Shown in pieces: positions 54,953-64,000 of a DNA stretch of 64,000 nucleotides (within the stretch, counting starts at the first letter, position 1; the number at the start of each line of letters is the position of its first letter). Below the pieces are notes generated by a model that searched no databases, was not told where the DNA came from, and saw nothing but the letters and a program-made list of their open reading frames with translations. The position numbers and the translations under genes are program-made. This DNA is from Chitinophagales bacterium (GTDB lineage Bacteria; Bacteroidota; Bacteroidia; Chitinophagales; LD1): assembly GCA_044228435.1 (NCBI GenBank), contig JBGAUW010000006.1:4203-68202 (forward strand), in the 5' to 3' direction.

Positions 54953-56269
54953 ATGAAACTTTGGCAAAAAGGCGAATTAAAACAAGATGATAAGGCACTG
55001 GTTACCGAAAAGTTTACGGTAGGCAACGACCGCATATGGGATTTGCGCCTCGCCAGGTTCGATGTTTTAGGTTCATTAGCTCATGCCCAAATGCTGCACG
55101 AGATAAAGATTATTGATGCAGATGAATTGAATGCTATAAAAACCGGCTTGCAGGATATTCTAACTACGATAGATGAAGGCAATTTCATTTTAGAAGAGCA
55201 TGTAGAAGATGTACACTCACAAATAGAACAAACGCTTACAGCCACCATTGGCGATGCCGGCAAAAAACTGCACACCGGCCGCTCGCGTAACGACCAGGTG
55301 CTGGTAGATATTAAGTTGTATCTTAAACACACGCTTGAAGAAACTTCAGGGTTGGTTATGCAGCTATTTACCAAGCTACAGCAGTTAAGCGAGCAATACA
55401 AAAATGATTTACTACCGGGCTATACGCATTTGCAATTAGCCATGCCTTCATCATTCGGGCTTTGGTTTGGCGCCTACGCCGAAAGCCTTGCCGACGATAT
55501 GGAACTGCTTTCAGCAGCTTATAAAATAGCCGATAAAAACCCGCTGGGCTCCGGTGCCGGTTATGGTTCAGCTTTCCCCCTTAACCGCACATTAACCACC
55601 GGGCTGCTTGGCTTTAGCCAAATGAATTACAACTCGGTTTATGCGCAAATGACTCGCGGTAAAGCAGAGAAAGCAACCCTCACCTCTTTTGCATCGGTTG
55701 CTTCTACCCTATCGCGCTTTGCGTATGATGTTTGCCTGTATATGAACCAGCAGTTTGGCTATATCTCCTTCTCCGACTCGCTTACTACCGGTTCCAGCAT
55801 AATGCCGCACAAAAAGAACCCCGATATATTTGAGTTAATCCGCGCCAAATGTAACCGCCTGCAGGCTACACCAAACGAAATGACGATGCTTTGCAATAAT
55901 CTTCCTTCGGGCTACCACCGCGATATGCAGCTAACTAAAGATATCCTGTTTCCGGCCATTGATACAATGCACGAGTGCCTTACCATGCTTATCTTTTCGT
56001 TAGATGAAATAAAAGTGCGCAAGGACATTTTAAATGATGCAAAGTTTAACGACCTGTTTAGTGTAGAAGAAATTAATAAACTGGTTGTGGGCGGCATGGC
56101 CTTTCGCGATGCCTATAAAGTGGTGGGCAATTCAATTAATGCGGGCACCTTTAACCCCGAACGAAAACTGGCCCATACGCACGAAGGTAGCATTAACCGG
56201 TTGTGCAATGAAGAAATTGCGGCTATGATGAACAACGCTGCTGCCGTGTTTGAATCGAAAAAACAATAG
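54953..56269 (+). CDS. argH: argininosuccinate lyase
   Basis: GSSIMPHKKNPD fumarate-lyase signature. Confidence 0.96.
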   Translation: MKLWQKGELKQDDKALVTEKFTVGNDRIWDLRLARFDVLGSLAHAQMLHEIKIIDADELNAIKTGLQDILTTIDEGNFILEEHVEDVHSQIEQTLTATIGDAGKKLHTGRSRNDQVLVDIKLYLKHTLEETSGLVMQLFTKLQQLSEQYKNDLLPGYTHLQLAMPSSFGLWFGAYAESLADDMELLSAAYKIADKNPLGSGAGYGSAFPLNRTLTTGLLGFSQMNYNSVYAQMTRGKAEKATLTSFASVASTLSRFAYDVCLYMNQQFGYISFSDSLTTGSSIMPHKKNPDIFELIRAKCNRLQATPNEMTMLCNNLPSGYHRDMQLTKDILFPAIDTMHECLTMLIFSLDEIKVRKDILNDAKFNDLFSVEEINKLVVGGMAFRDAYKVVGNSINAGTFNPERKLAHTHEGSINRLCNEEIAAMMNNAAAVFESKKQ

Positions 56270-56326
56270 ATTCCACTATTACTAAAACATGCAATTGGTA
56301 TATTTATCTGCATAAATACACCGGTT

Positions 56327-56980
56327 ATGGCAATGAAAGCAAATACCCCTGTTAGTGTGGATGCATACATCAGCACTTTTCCTAAATCAACACAAAAGTT
56401 ATTGCAGGAGATACGGACAGCAATTAAAAAGGCTGCACCACAGGCAGAAGAAACCATCAGTTACCAAATGCCCGCCTTTACTTACTATGGCCCTCTGGTT
56501 TATTTTGCCGGTTACGAGCATCATGTTGGCTTTTACCCTGGTGCTGCGGGCATTGCCAATTTCACAAAAGATATAGCCAAATACAAAAATGCAAAAGGCT
56601 CGGTTCAATTTCCATTAGATAAACCTTTGCCCATTGCATTAATCACTAAAATTGTAAAGTTTCGCTTTAAGCAAAACGCCGATAAGCAAAAAAGCAAAAG
56701 CCTGCGCACCTGCCGCAAGGGCCATCAATATTATAAAAGCACCGATTGCCCTACGTGCCCTGTTTGCGAAAAACAACGGGCTCCCGAAACAGGATTTCTA
56801 TCCGGCCTTTCGGCACCTGCGCGGCGTGCTCTTGAAAACAAAGGCATTAAAACCGTAAAGCAACTTGCCAGGTTTTCCGAAACCGACATATTAGCCTTAC
56901 ATGGCATGGGTAAAACCAGTTTACCCAAATTGCGGACGGAACTAAAAAAAGCAGGGCTGCACTTTAAAAGTGTGGAATAA
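56327..56980 (+). CDS. DUF1801 (YdhG-like) domain fused to a Cys cluster and a helix-hairpin-helix tail
   Basis: The N-terminal 120 aa are YdhG-like. Next comes CRKGH...CPTCPVC. The tail ARRALENKGIKTVKQLARFSETDILALHGMG resembles an HhH/RpoA-CTD segment. Confidence 0.75.
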   Translation: MAMKANTPVSVDAYISTFPKSTQKLLQEIRTAIKKAAPQAEETISYQMPAFTYYGPLVYFAGYEHHVGFYPGAAGIANFTKDIAKYKNAKGSVQFPLDKPLPIALITKIVKFRFKQNADKQKSKSLRTCRKGHQYYKSTDCPTCPVCEKQRAPETGFLSGLSAPARRALENKGIKTVKQLARFSETDILALHGMGKTSLPKLRTELKKAGLHFKSVE

Positions 56981-57066
56981 CAGTTGACTAACATGCTCAT
57001 ATAGTCCATTTAGCCCTGCAGCTGGCGGTGGTACAACTTTATTACAACCTGTAAAAATTAAAATTT

Positions 57067-57567
57067 ATGGGCGACGTAAAAAACCTTACCGGAACGGAAG
57101 CAACTGCCAAAATCAAGCAACTGGCAAACGATATTACTACGTGTATGTTTTGCACTTACAAAGGCGAAAAACTAATTGCGCGCCCAATGGCCGTACAACA
57201 AGCGGACGATGAAGGAAATATTTGGTTCCTTACCGATAAGAACAGCGAAAAAAATCAGGAGATAGCAGTAGATAGCCATGTGGAATTACTATTTAGTAAA
57301 GGCCAGGCAAGATTTCTTTCGCTACACGGCATAGCCACTATAGGTTACGATAAAGAGAAAATTAAAGAGTTATGGCAACCAGCCGCTAAAATTTGGTTTA
57401 CCGAAGGTGTAGACGACCCAAGGATTAGCATTATAAAAGTAAGCTTTACCGATGGCTACTACTGGGATACCAAACATGGTAAAGCTATAGAAGTAGCAAT
57501 AATGGCAGCGGCCTACATCAGTGGCAAAACTATGGACGATGGCATTGAGGGCACCTTATCCAAATAA
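57067..57567 (+). CDS. pyridoxamine 5'-phosphate oxidase-family protein (general stress protein 26-like)
   Basis: 166 aa. CMFCTYKGEKLIARPM...IWFLT is the typical pattern. Confidence 0.82.
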   Translation: MGDVKNLTGTEATAKIKQLANDITTCMFCTYKGEKLIARPMAVQQADDEGNIWFLTDKNSEKNQEIAVDSHVELLFSKGQARFLSLHGIATIGYDKEKIKELWQPAAKIWFTEGVDDPRISIIKVSFTDGYYWDTKHGKAIEVAIMAAAYISGKTMDDGIEGTLSK

Positions 57568-57574
57568 GGCAACC

Positions 57575-57934
57575 CTACCATTCCAAGGTTTGCTTGCTGG
57601 CTTTATTTTGCTCTTTATACATCATTAAAATGGTATCGTAGCTGCACATGCCTATATCGCAGTAAGTTTTAATTACAGTACTCAACAACGAGGTATTGGT
57701 TACAGTGGTAAGTTCCTTAAAAGCTTTCAAATTGGCCTGCTCCATCATTCTTAAGGTAGAGGGGTCATCCATACCTATTTTAGAATAATCTTCTTTAACC
57801 TGCTTTTGAATAAAAGCAATAACCTTTTGCTTGTTAGCATCTGTTTCTACAAACCCGATGGGGCTAACAAAAGATTGAGCGTAAATAACTGCACCCTGAA
57901 AAAACAGGCAAGCTATCAGAAGTATATTTTTCAT
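57575..57934 (-). CDS. small secreted protein of unknown function
   Basis: 119 aa with signal peptide MKNILLIACLFFQGAVIYAQ. Confidence 0.65.
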   Translation of the reverse strand: MKNILLIACLFFQGAVIYAQSFVSPIGFVETDANKQKVIAFIQKQVKEDYSKIGMDDPSTLRMMEQANLKAFKELTTVTNTSLLSTVIKTYCDIGMCSYDTILMMYKEQNKASKQTLEW

Positions 57935-58059
57935 TACTGCGTCTTTAATTGATATTTTGAAGATAGGAATTGTGTTTAAAAAAGCAACTCCGGCCTCGTT
58001 TTTTTGGGGTGGTAGCCTACCTGTTTAAATTATACATTTAAGCGTTTATCTTCGCAGGC

Positions 58060-60435
58060 ATGCTTAAAAAATTAAGTCTGCTCATATTTGCACAGCTATT
58101 ATTTTTATTACCCCACGCGCAGGATTTACGGGGCGATACAATTGATTTGCGCAGCTTTAATTTAAAGCTCGATTTATCCGATTTTACTACTAAAGTATTG
58201 CACGCCGAAGCTGTAATAGGCATAAAAAGCAAACAGAATGGAGTAACTGGTATCCATCTCGATTTACTAAAGCTTACCGTGGATTCGGTAAAGGTTAATA
58301 CCTCTACCGTTCCTTTTACTTATAACGATTCTGTAATTGATATAAACCTGCTGCTCAACCTCAATACCGGCGATTCTGCCACGTTGCATGTTTTCTACCA
58401 TGGTAACCCTTACAGGGCGACGGGCGATTTTGGCGGCTTTTACTGGACCAATGCTTATGCCTTTAATATTGGCGTAAGCTTTTTGGCCGACCCGCATACT
58501 TACGGCCGCGTTTGGTTTCCCTGCTTCGATAATTTTGAACAGCGGAGTTTGTACGAGTTTTATGTAACTACCAAAAACACGCATAAGGCTTTTTGCAACG
58601 GCCTGTTGCTGGATGTAGCCACCAATGGCAACAAAAAAATCTGGCACTGGAAGCTAACTCAAGATATCCCATCCTATCTGGCATCAGTTGCGGTGTCTGA
58701 TTATGCTACAGTTGAGGATACCGTAAACGGCATGACAGGCACCTTACAGGTATTGCTGGCCGCCCGCGCTGCTGATACCACCAACCTTAAAAATTTGTTT
58801 GTGCATCTGCACGATGCCTTCCATATACAAGAAGAAGCCTGGGGCCCTTACCGCTGGGACCGCGTTGGCTATTGCATAGTGCCGTTTAATGCCGGCGCCA
58901 TGGAGCATGCCACCAACATTGGCTTTATGACTTATTACCTGAATAGCTTAAGCGCACAAGCCGAACGCACCATGGCCCACGAACTTAGCCACCATTGGTT
59001 TGGCAATTTAGTTACCTGCAAAACAGCCGGTGAAATGTGGCTGAACGAAGGATGGGCCAGCTATAATGAACACCTGTTTTACGAGCGCTTGTATGGTGAT
59101 AGCACCTACAAAGATGCCGTGCGCGTAAACCATGAAGATGTTTTGCATAAGGCCCATATAAGCGATGGCAGCTATCTGCCGGTTAGTGGAGTGCCTACCG
59201 AAAGCACCTATGGCTCTACCGTTTACAATAAAGGCGCCGATGTAATACACACCCTGCGCGCCTACATGGGCGACCAGCTTTTTTTTAGCTGTGTAAAGAA
59301 CTTTCTAACCGATTTTGCATGGCAGAATGTTACCACCCTGCAACTACGCGATTACCTGGCACAATGCGCCGGCATTAATCTAAATGATTACTTTAATGAC
59401 TTTATAACAGCGCCCGGCTTTACGCATTTTTCTATTGAGCAACTGCGCACCCTGCCTACAACTAATGCCGGCTTTCAAACTACATTTGTTATCAGGCAAC
59501 GGCTGCACCAGGCACCGCACCTTTACCAAAACGTACCGATTAAGGTTTCTTACTTCGACCAGAACTGGAACCGGACTGATGAGATAGTAAATGTGGGTGA
59601 TGAGTGTACGTCTCATGCCATTTCGCTACCTAACGAACCGGTGTATATAGCACTTGATTTTGATGAAAAAATACAGGATGCCATTACCGATGAGTGGAAA
59701 ATATTAGACCAACCCGGAAGCTATGATTACGGCACAGCAAAAATGCTATTGCAGGTGGCTGCAGTTACCGATTCTGCATTAGTGCGTGTAGAACATAATT
59801 GGGTAAGGCCGGAACCACTTAAAAACAAAATTGCCGGATTGCATTTGCATGATAAGCGATACTGGACCGTTGACGGAATTATACCCTCAAATTTTACGGC
59901 AAATGCAACCATTAATTACGATGGTACAGATACCTCTTTGGACGCCTCGTTTATTACGTTATCGGAAGATAGTATGGTGGTTATGTATCGCCCGGCTTCA
60001 GATTCTGATTGGGCGCTGGCAGATTCATTTAAAATAAACATACAAGGGAACGCTAACAACAAAACGGGCACTGCTACTATTTATGGCCTCAGCAAGGGCC
60101 AATACTGCCTTGCTATTCGGAACCCTGCTTTAGCCGATACTACTTCTGCCGATGTTGAGTGCGTTTATTCGGCCGTGAATGAAGTTGAAGCGCGTAAGGC
60201 GTTTAATTTGTTCCCCAATCCAACAAGCGAATCTATATCGGTAAGCTATGAAGCTAATACATTTGAAAAACTGGAACTACGCAATATAACCGGCCAAAAG
60301 CTTTTAGAGCAACCAATTGGCAACAACCAAACCTTAAGCACTTTACCGGTTAAGGCTTATGCCAACGGAGTTTATTTTATTACCCTAAGCGGTAAAAACA
60401 TTCAATCATCCACTAAAAAAATAATTAAGCAATAA
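58060..60435 (+). CDS. M1-family zinc aminopeptidase with a T9SS type-A C-terminal sorting domain
   Basis: HELSHHWFGNLVT plus WLNEGWASY (HExxH-18-E). The C-terminus has FNLFPNPTSESISVSY...GVYFITL. Confidence 0.92.
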   Translation: MLKKLSLLIFAQLLFLLPHAQDLRGDTIDLRSFNLKLDLSDFTTKVLHAEAVIGIKSKQNGVTGIHLDLLKLTVDSVKVNTSTVPFTYNDSVIDINLLLNLNTGDSATLHVFYHGNPYRATGDFGGFYWTNAYAFNIGVSFLADPHTYGRVWFPCFDNFEQRSLYEFYVTTKNTHKAFCNGLLLDVATNGNKKIWHWKLTQDIPSYLASVAVSDYATVEDTVNGMTGTLQVLLAARAADTTNLKNLFVHLHDAFHIQEEAWGPYRWDRVGYCIVPFNAGAMEHATNIGFMTYYLNSLSAQAERTMAHELSHHWFGNLVTCKTAGEMWLNEGWASYNEHLFYERLYGDSTYKDAVRVNHEDVLHKAHISDGSYLPVSGVPTESTYGSTVYNKGADVIHTLRAYMGDQLFFSCVKNFLTDFAWQNVTTLQLRDYLAQCAGINLNDYFNDFITAPGFTHFSIEQLRTLPTTNAGFQTTFVIRQRLHQAPHLYQNVPIKVSYFDQNWNRTDEIVNVGDECTSHAISLPNEPVYIALDFDEKIQDAITDEWKILDQPGSYDYGTAKMLLQVAAVTDSALVRVEHNWVRPEPLKNKIAGLHLHDKRYWTVDGIIPSNFTANATINYDGTDTSLDASFITLSEDSMVVMYRPASDSDWALADSFKINIQGNANNKTGTATIYGLSKGQYCLAIRNPALADTTSADVECVYSAVNEVEARKAFNLFPNPTSESISVSYEANTFEKLELRNITGQKLLEQPIGNNQTLSTLPVKAYANGVYFITLSGKNIQSSTKKIIKQ

Positions 60436-61328
60436 TGGAAATAAAGAAAGTATCGGTAATTGGTGCAGGCACCATGGGTAATGGAATAGCGCATGTGTTT
60501 GCTATGAAAGGATTTGCAGTAAACCTGGTAGATGTTTCGGCACCGGCTTTAGAAAAAGCCCTGGGCACCATTACCAAAAACCTTGACCGTATGGTTGCCA
60601 AGGGAACACTTACCGAAGAGGCAAAAACTACCACCTTAAAAAACCTGAGCACAAATACTTCATTAGAGGTTTGTAAAGATTCAGATTTGGTAGTTGAAGC
60701 CGCCACCGAAAACGAAGCGATTAAATTGAAAATTTTTACACAGTTGGATGAATTGTGCAAACCCGAAACTATACTGGCATCTAATACTTCTTCCATCTCT
60801 ATTACCAAAATAGCTGCAGCCACTAAAAGGCCGCAGAATGTAATAGGTATGCACTTTATGAACCCGGTTCCTTTAATGAAACTGGTAGAAATTATACGTG
60901 GCTACAAAACATCGGATAACAGCATGGAAGTTGTATTAACCGCCACCCGCAGCCTGGATAAAATACCGGTAGAAGTAAACGACTACCCGGGCTTTGTAGC
61001 CAACCGCATTTTAATGCCTATGATAAACGAGGCCATTGAAACCCTGCGAGAAGGCGTAGCCGGTGTAGCAGAAATTGATACAGTAATGAAACTGGGTATG
61101 GCACACCCCATGGGTCCTCTGCAACTTGCCGATTTTATTGGCCTGGATGTTTGCCTGGCTATTTTACGTGTATTGCACGATGGCTTTGGCAACCCAAAAT
61201 ACGCACCAAGCCCTTTATTGGTAAACATGGTAACCGCGGGTTGCCTGGGCGTTAAAGCAGGCGAAGGTTTTTATAAATACACCGCCGGCTCTAAAGATTT
61301 AATAGTAGCCGATAGGTTTAGTAAGTAG
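60435..61328 (+). CDS. 3-hydroxybutyryl-CoA / 3-hydroxyacyl-CoA dehydrogenase
   Basis: VIGAGTMGNGIA Rossmann motif, 297 aa. One-nt overlap with the upstream stop. Confidence 0.93.
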   Translation: MEIKKVSVIGAGTMGNGIAHVFAMKGFAVNLVDVSAPALEKALGTITKNLDRMVAKGTLTEEAKTTTLKNLSTNTSLEVCKDSDLVVEAATENEAIKLKIFTQLDELCKPETILASNTSSISITKIAAATKRPQNVIGMHFMNPVPLMKLVEIIRGYKTSDNSMEVVLTATRSLDKIPVEVNDYPGFVANRILMPMINEAIETLREGVAGVAEIDTVMKLGMAHPMGPLQLADFIGLDVCLAILRVLHDGFGNPKYAPSPLLVNMVTAGCLGVKAGEGFYKYTAGSKDLIVADRFSK

Positions 61329-61344
61329 ATTACAGAAGTTTTTA

Positions 61345-61386
61345 TAAAAAAGAAACGCCCCGGAAATTCGGGGCGTTTCTTTTTTA
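61345..61386. terminator. bidirectional terminator between convergent genes
   Basis: 12-bp stem AGAAACGCCCCG / CGGGGCGTTTCT, flanked by an A-run and a T-run. Confidence 0.8.
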
Positions 61387-61401
61387 TAACCAGTTGCTTT
61401 A

Positions 61402-64000
61402 TTAATACCCAAACACATCCTTCAATTCTAACACCTGCACGGGGCCTAAATCTTTCAATACTTCCATATTAAGGTCTTCTTTTTTACCTATTACCAGGTA
61501 GTCAAATTTTTTGCCCTTTACGTGCTCGTTAAAAAACTTATGTACGTCTTGTATACTGGTTGTTTTAGCAGCTTCGTAAATTACTTTGCGCACATCGTAA
61601 TTTAATCCGCGCTTTTTAGCGCGTTCGTAAGCAGCATACATATCTATACCGGTAGTCCAGTCGCTTTCAAGCGTTTTTATTACGCTGGCACGGGCACCAT
61701 CAAATTGTTGCGGCACTTCCGGCATATCGTTCAATAACTTGTTCATTTCGGCCAAAGCTGTTTTAAGCTTATCGGCCTGCGTGCCTACATACGAGGTTAA
61801 GTAGTGCGACTCGTTAGCGTACTGTGGCACACCATAACTGCTGTAAACCGAATACGCCAAAGCCATTTTCTCGCGTATCTCCTGGAACATAATAGAGCTT
61901 AAGCCCGAACCGTAGTAATCGTTGTATAAAAATATAGAGGGGTATAAATCTTTATTAAAAGGCACATCTTTAGCCAACATTACTATCTCGGCTTGTTTCA
62001 TAGGGTAATAGCACACATATACCTTCGTTTCATTTATAGGCAGCTCGGGATATTTTTTGGCCGCAGGGTAATCTTTTAATGTAGCATTAACTGTATGCAG
62101 CTTGTTTATTACTTCTAAAGCTACTGCAGGGCTGTTGCTTCCAAAATAGAATATCTTATGCTTGTAACCCGTTAACGATTTTATAAGGCTTACCAACTGA
62201 TTTACATCCACCTTCTCTAACTCCTCCTCACTCATTACGTTGGTAAAAGGATTAAGCGGGCCATACTTGGCGTAGTTAACCAGGCCGCTGTATAATATAG
62301 CGCTCTTGTTCTTTTTGGCATTAATGCGTCCTTGCGCTATATCCATCTTAAGCCCTTCAAACACTTCCTTATCTGCTTTTACATGCGATAAAATGTGCTC
62401 AAACAACTCAATACCTTTCTCCAGGTTTTCTTCAAGCCCGCTTAACGAAATATTAGCGCGGTCGCGGCCCGAGGTTACAGCAAACGATAATCCTAGTTTG
62501 TAAAATTCTTTCTTTAAATCTTCAGCCGAGTATTTATCGGTGCCCAGGTATTCCAGGTAGCTTACTGCCAAACCTAATTCGCGCACGTTATCGGTGCCCA
62601 TATCAAAAATGTAGCTAAGGTTAAAGGTTTTGTTTACATCGTTTTTAATGTAATCGAACGCCACATTGCCTTTAGCCAACTTTAAATGGGTAATGTCTTT
62701 TTCAAAATCGATAAACTTAGGGGCTATGGCAGGTTGCGCCATCTCGTCCCAGCTTTTCTTATACGACGACATTTCATCCTTATTCATTACCACCGAGGTA
62801 ATAGCAGGTTTTTCTACTTTATGCACTGCAGCATCGCCCTGGCGTTTGTAGCACACGGCGTAGTTGCTTTTATAATGCTCGTTTACAAACTTCACCAGGT
62901 CGGCCTTCGTAATTTTCTCCATCTCCGTTATCTGGTTAACCCAGTCTGCCCATGGTATATTATGCACAAAGGTGCCCATCATATTGTATGCACGGCCATC
63001 GTTCTTTTCTGCCGCCTTCATACGCTCCAACTTTTGGTTCTGTATAATAGCAGGCAGCAACCAATCGCCAAATTCACCCTTCTTTACTTTTTCAATTTCG
63101 CCCAGTAGTAAATCTTTTACTTCTTCCAGTTTTTGTCCTTGTTTTGGCTCACCATAAAACTTATGGAAAACATAGTCGGTATTTTCATCTAAAAATGAAT
63201 AGGCATTCAATACTTTTTGTTGTTGTACCAAATCCAAATCAATCAAACCGGCAGCACCATTGGCAAGCACCAGGTCAACCATTTTAGCCATTAAAGCCTC
63301 GCGGGTATTAGCCCCGTTAAACAGAAAACCGATGTACACATGCTCCGGTTGCGGGCCTACATACTCACGTATAATAGGCGTGGTAATTTCCGGTTCAGGC
63401 TTCTTTTCAAACTTAGGCAATTCGCCATCTTTCCAATTACCATAGTATTTATCTATAATAGCTATGGCCGCATCAGGGTCTAAATCTCCGGCCAATATTA
63501 AGGCTGCATTGTTAGGGCGGTAATATGTCTTTTGGTAGTTGTAAATATTCACCATCGATGGGTTCTTTAAATGCTCGCCCTCACCAATAGTAGTTTGTGT
63601 TCCGTAAGGATGGTTAGGCAGCAAAGCATTTTCAATGGCATGGTCGCTCCACACGCGGTCATTATCCTGGTTGCGGTTAAACTCTTCGTACACCGTTTCT
63701 AACTCAGTATGAAAAATACGCAGCACGCAATTTTCAAAGCGGTGCGCTTCCAGCTTAATAAACTTTTCAAAAGCGTTCGATGGTATATCGTTTACATACA
63801 CCGTCATGTCGGTGCTGGTAAATGCGTTGGTACCCTGTGCCCCAATACTGGTAGTCATTTTATCATACTCATTCGGTATGGCATACTTGCTGGCCTCGTA
63901 GCTAAACGAATCTATTTTGGCATACAGGGCTTTCTTCTTAGCCTCATCGCGTTCGTTTTTGTGGTATTCAAAGTAGGCCGAAACAGAATCCAGCAAGGCG
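61402..64000 (-). CDS. M16 (insulinase/pitrilysin) family peptidase, N-terminus beyond the right edge
   Basis: The ORF stays open to the window edge; the track's M at 63996 is a TTG codon. The visible region has the conserved RFENCVLRIFHTELETVYEEFN-type segment. The HxxEH motif would lie upstream, outside the window. Confidence 0.85.
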   Translation of the reverse strand, partial: ALLDSVSAYFEYHKNERDEAKKKALYAKIDSFSYEASKYAIPNEYDKMTTSIGAQGTNAFTSTDMTVYVNDIPSNAFEKFIKLEAHRFENCVLRIFHTELETVYEEFNRNQDNDRVWSDHAIENALLPNHPYGTQTTIGEGEHLKNPSMVNIYNYQKTYYRPNNAALILAGDLDPDAAIAIIDKYYGNWKDGELPKFEKKPEPEITTPIIREYVGPQPEHVYIGFLFNGANTREALMAKMVDLVLANGAAGLIDLDLVQQQKVLNAYSFLDENTDYVFHKFYGEPKQGQKLEEVKDLLLGEIEKVKKGEFGDWLLPAIIQNQKLERMKAAEKNDGRAYNMMGTFVHNIPWADWVNQITEMEKITKADLVKFVNEHYKSNYAVCYKRQGDAAVHKVEKPAITSVVMNKDEMSSYKKSWDEMAQPAIAPKFIDFEKDITHLKLAKGNVAFDYIKNDVNKTFNLSYIFDMGTDNVRELGLAVSYLEYLGTDKYSAEDLKKEFYKLGLSFAVTSGRDRANISLSGLEENLEKGIELFEHILSHVKADKEVFEGLKMDIAQGRINAKKNKSAILYSGLVNYAKYGPLNPFTNVMSEEELEKVDVNQLVSLIKSLTGYKHKIFYFGSNSPAVALEVINKLHTVNATLKDYPAAKKYPELPINETKVYVCYYPMKQAEIVMLAKDVPFNKDLYPSIFLYNDYYGSGLSSIMFQEIREKMALAYSVYSSYGVPQYANESHYLTSYVGTQADKLKTALAEMNKLLNDMPEVPQQFDGARASVIKTLESDWTTGIDMYAAYERAKKRGLNYDVRKVIYEAAKTTSIQDVHKFFNEHVKGKKFDYLVIGKKEDLNMEVLKDLGPVQVLELKDVFGY

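Overview
This looks like a chromosomal segment from a Bacteroidota genome. The taxon is inferred from content only: T9SS sorting domains, a PorP/SprF gene, TTTG-N(16-19)-TAnnTTTG promoters, no Shine-Dalgarno sequences, and an argF'-type arginine operon. A Sphingobacteriia-like organism is my guess.

Gene content, left to right:
- **1-5.2 kb (minus strand):** the distal part of the spc ribosomal operon, rplE-rpsN-rpsH-rplF-rplR-rpsE-rpmD-rplO-secY, then the start of map. The operon is cut off upstream of rplE, which has its own promoter.
- **5.6-20 kb:** a cell-surface block.
  - a 993-aa exported protein resembling a phage tail fibre, co-transcribed with a TlpA-type thioredoxin
  - a small T9SS cargo with InlB-type B-repeats
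  - a PorP/SprF plus OmpA-family pair
  - an SGNH hydrolase
  - an 852-aa membrane-anchored protein of unknown function
- **20-31 kb:** housekeeping and stress genes: yceI, marR, a methyltransferase, an ftsB-like gene, eno, carA, a peroxiredoxin, ogt, a carbonic anhydrase and a cupin. Two unknown genes lie between eno and the ftsB-like gene.
- **31-39.7 kb:** a 2583-aa SprB-like adhesin with a T9SS type-B sorting domain, plus a co-transcribed unknown secreted protein.
- **39.8-47.5 kb:** a GNAT, a 130-aa lipoprotein, a mitochondrial-type aconitase, a Pif1-like helicase, a MacB-type permease and a LysE exporter.
- **48-56.3 kb:** an eight-gene arginine operon.
- **56.3-64 kb:** miscellaneous genes, including a T9SS-exported M1 aminopeptidase and a truncated M16 peptidase.

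I saw no tRNA or rRNA genes, CRISPR arrays, transposases, integrases or recognisable defence systems.

The most interesting item is the 130-aa lipoprotein. It aligns without gaps to the pVHL beta domain, and the hydroxyproline-binding pocket residues are conserved.

Other observations worth a second look:
- the tail-fibre-like/thioredoxin pair at the ribosomal operon breakpoint
- a PorP/SprF-OmpA module that is physically separated from the only type-B cargo in the window
- a recurring CACAAGA motif in the ribosomal operon spacers
- a small ORF and a palindrome in the long leader region of the arginine operon

All family assignments come from reading the translations by eye. No database search was run.
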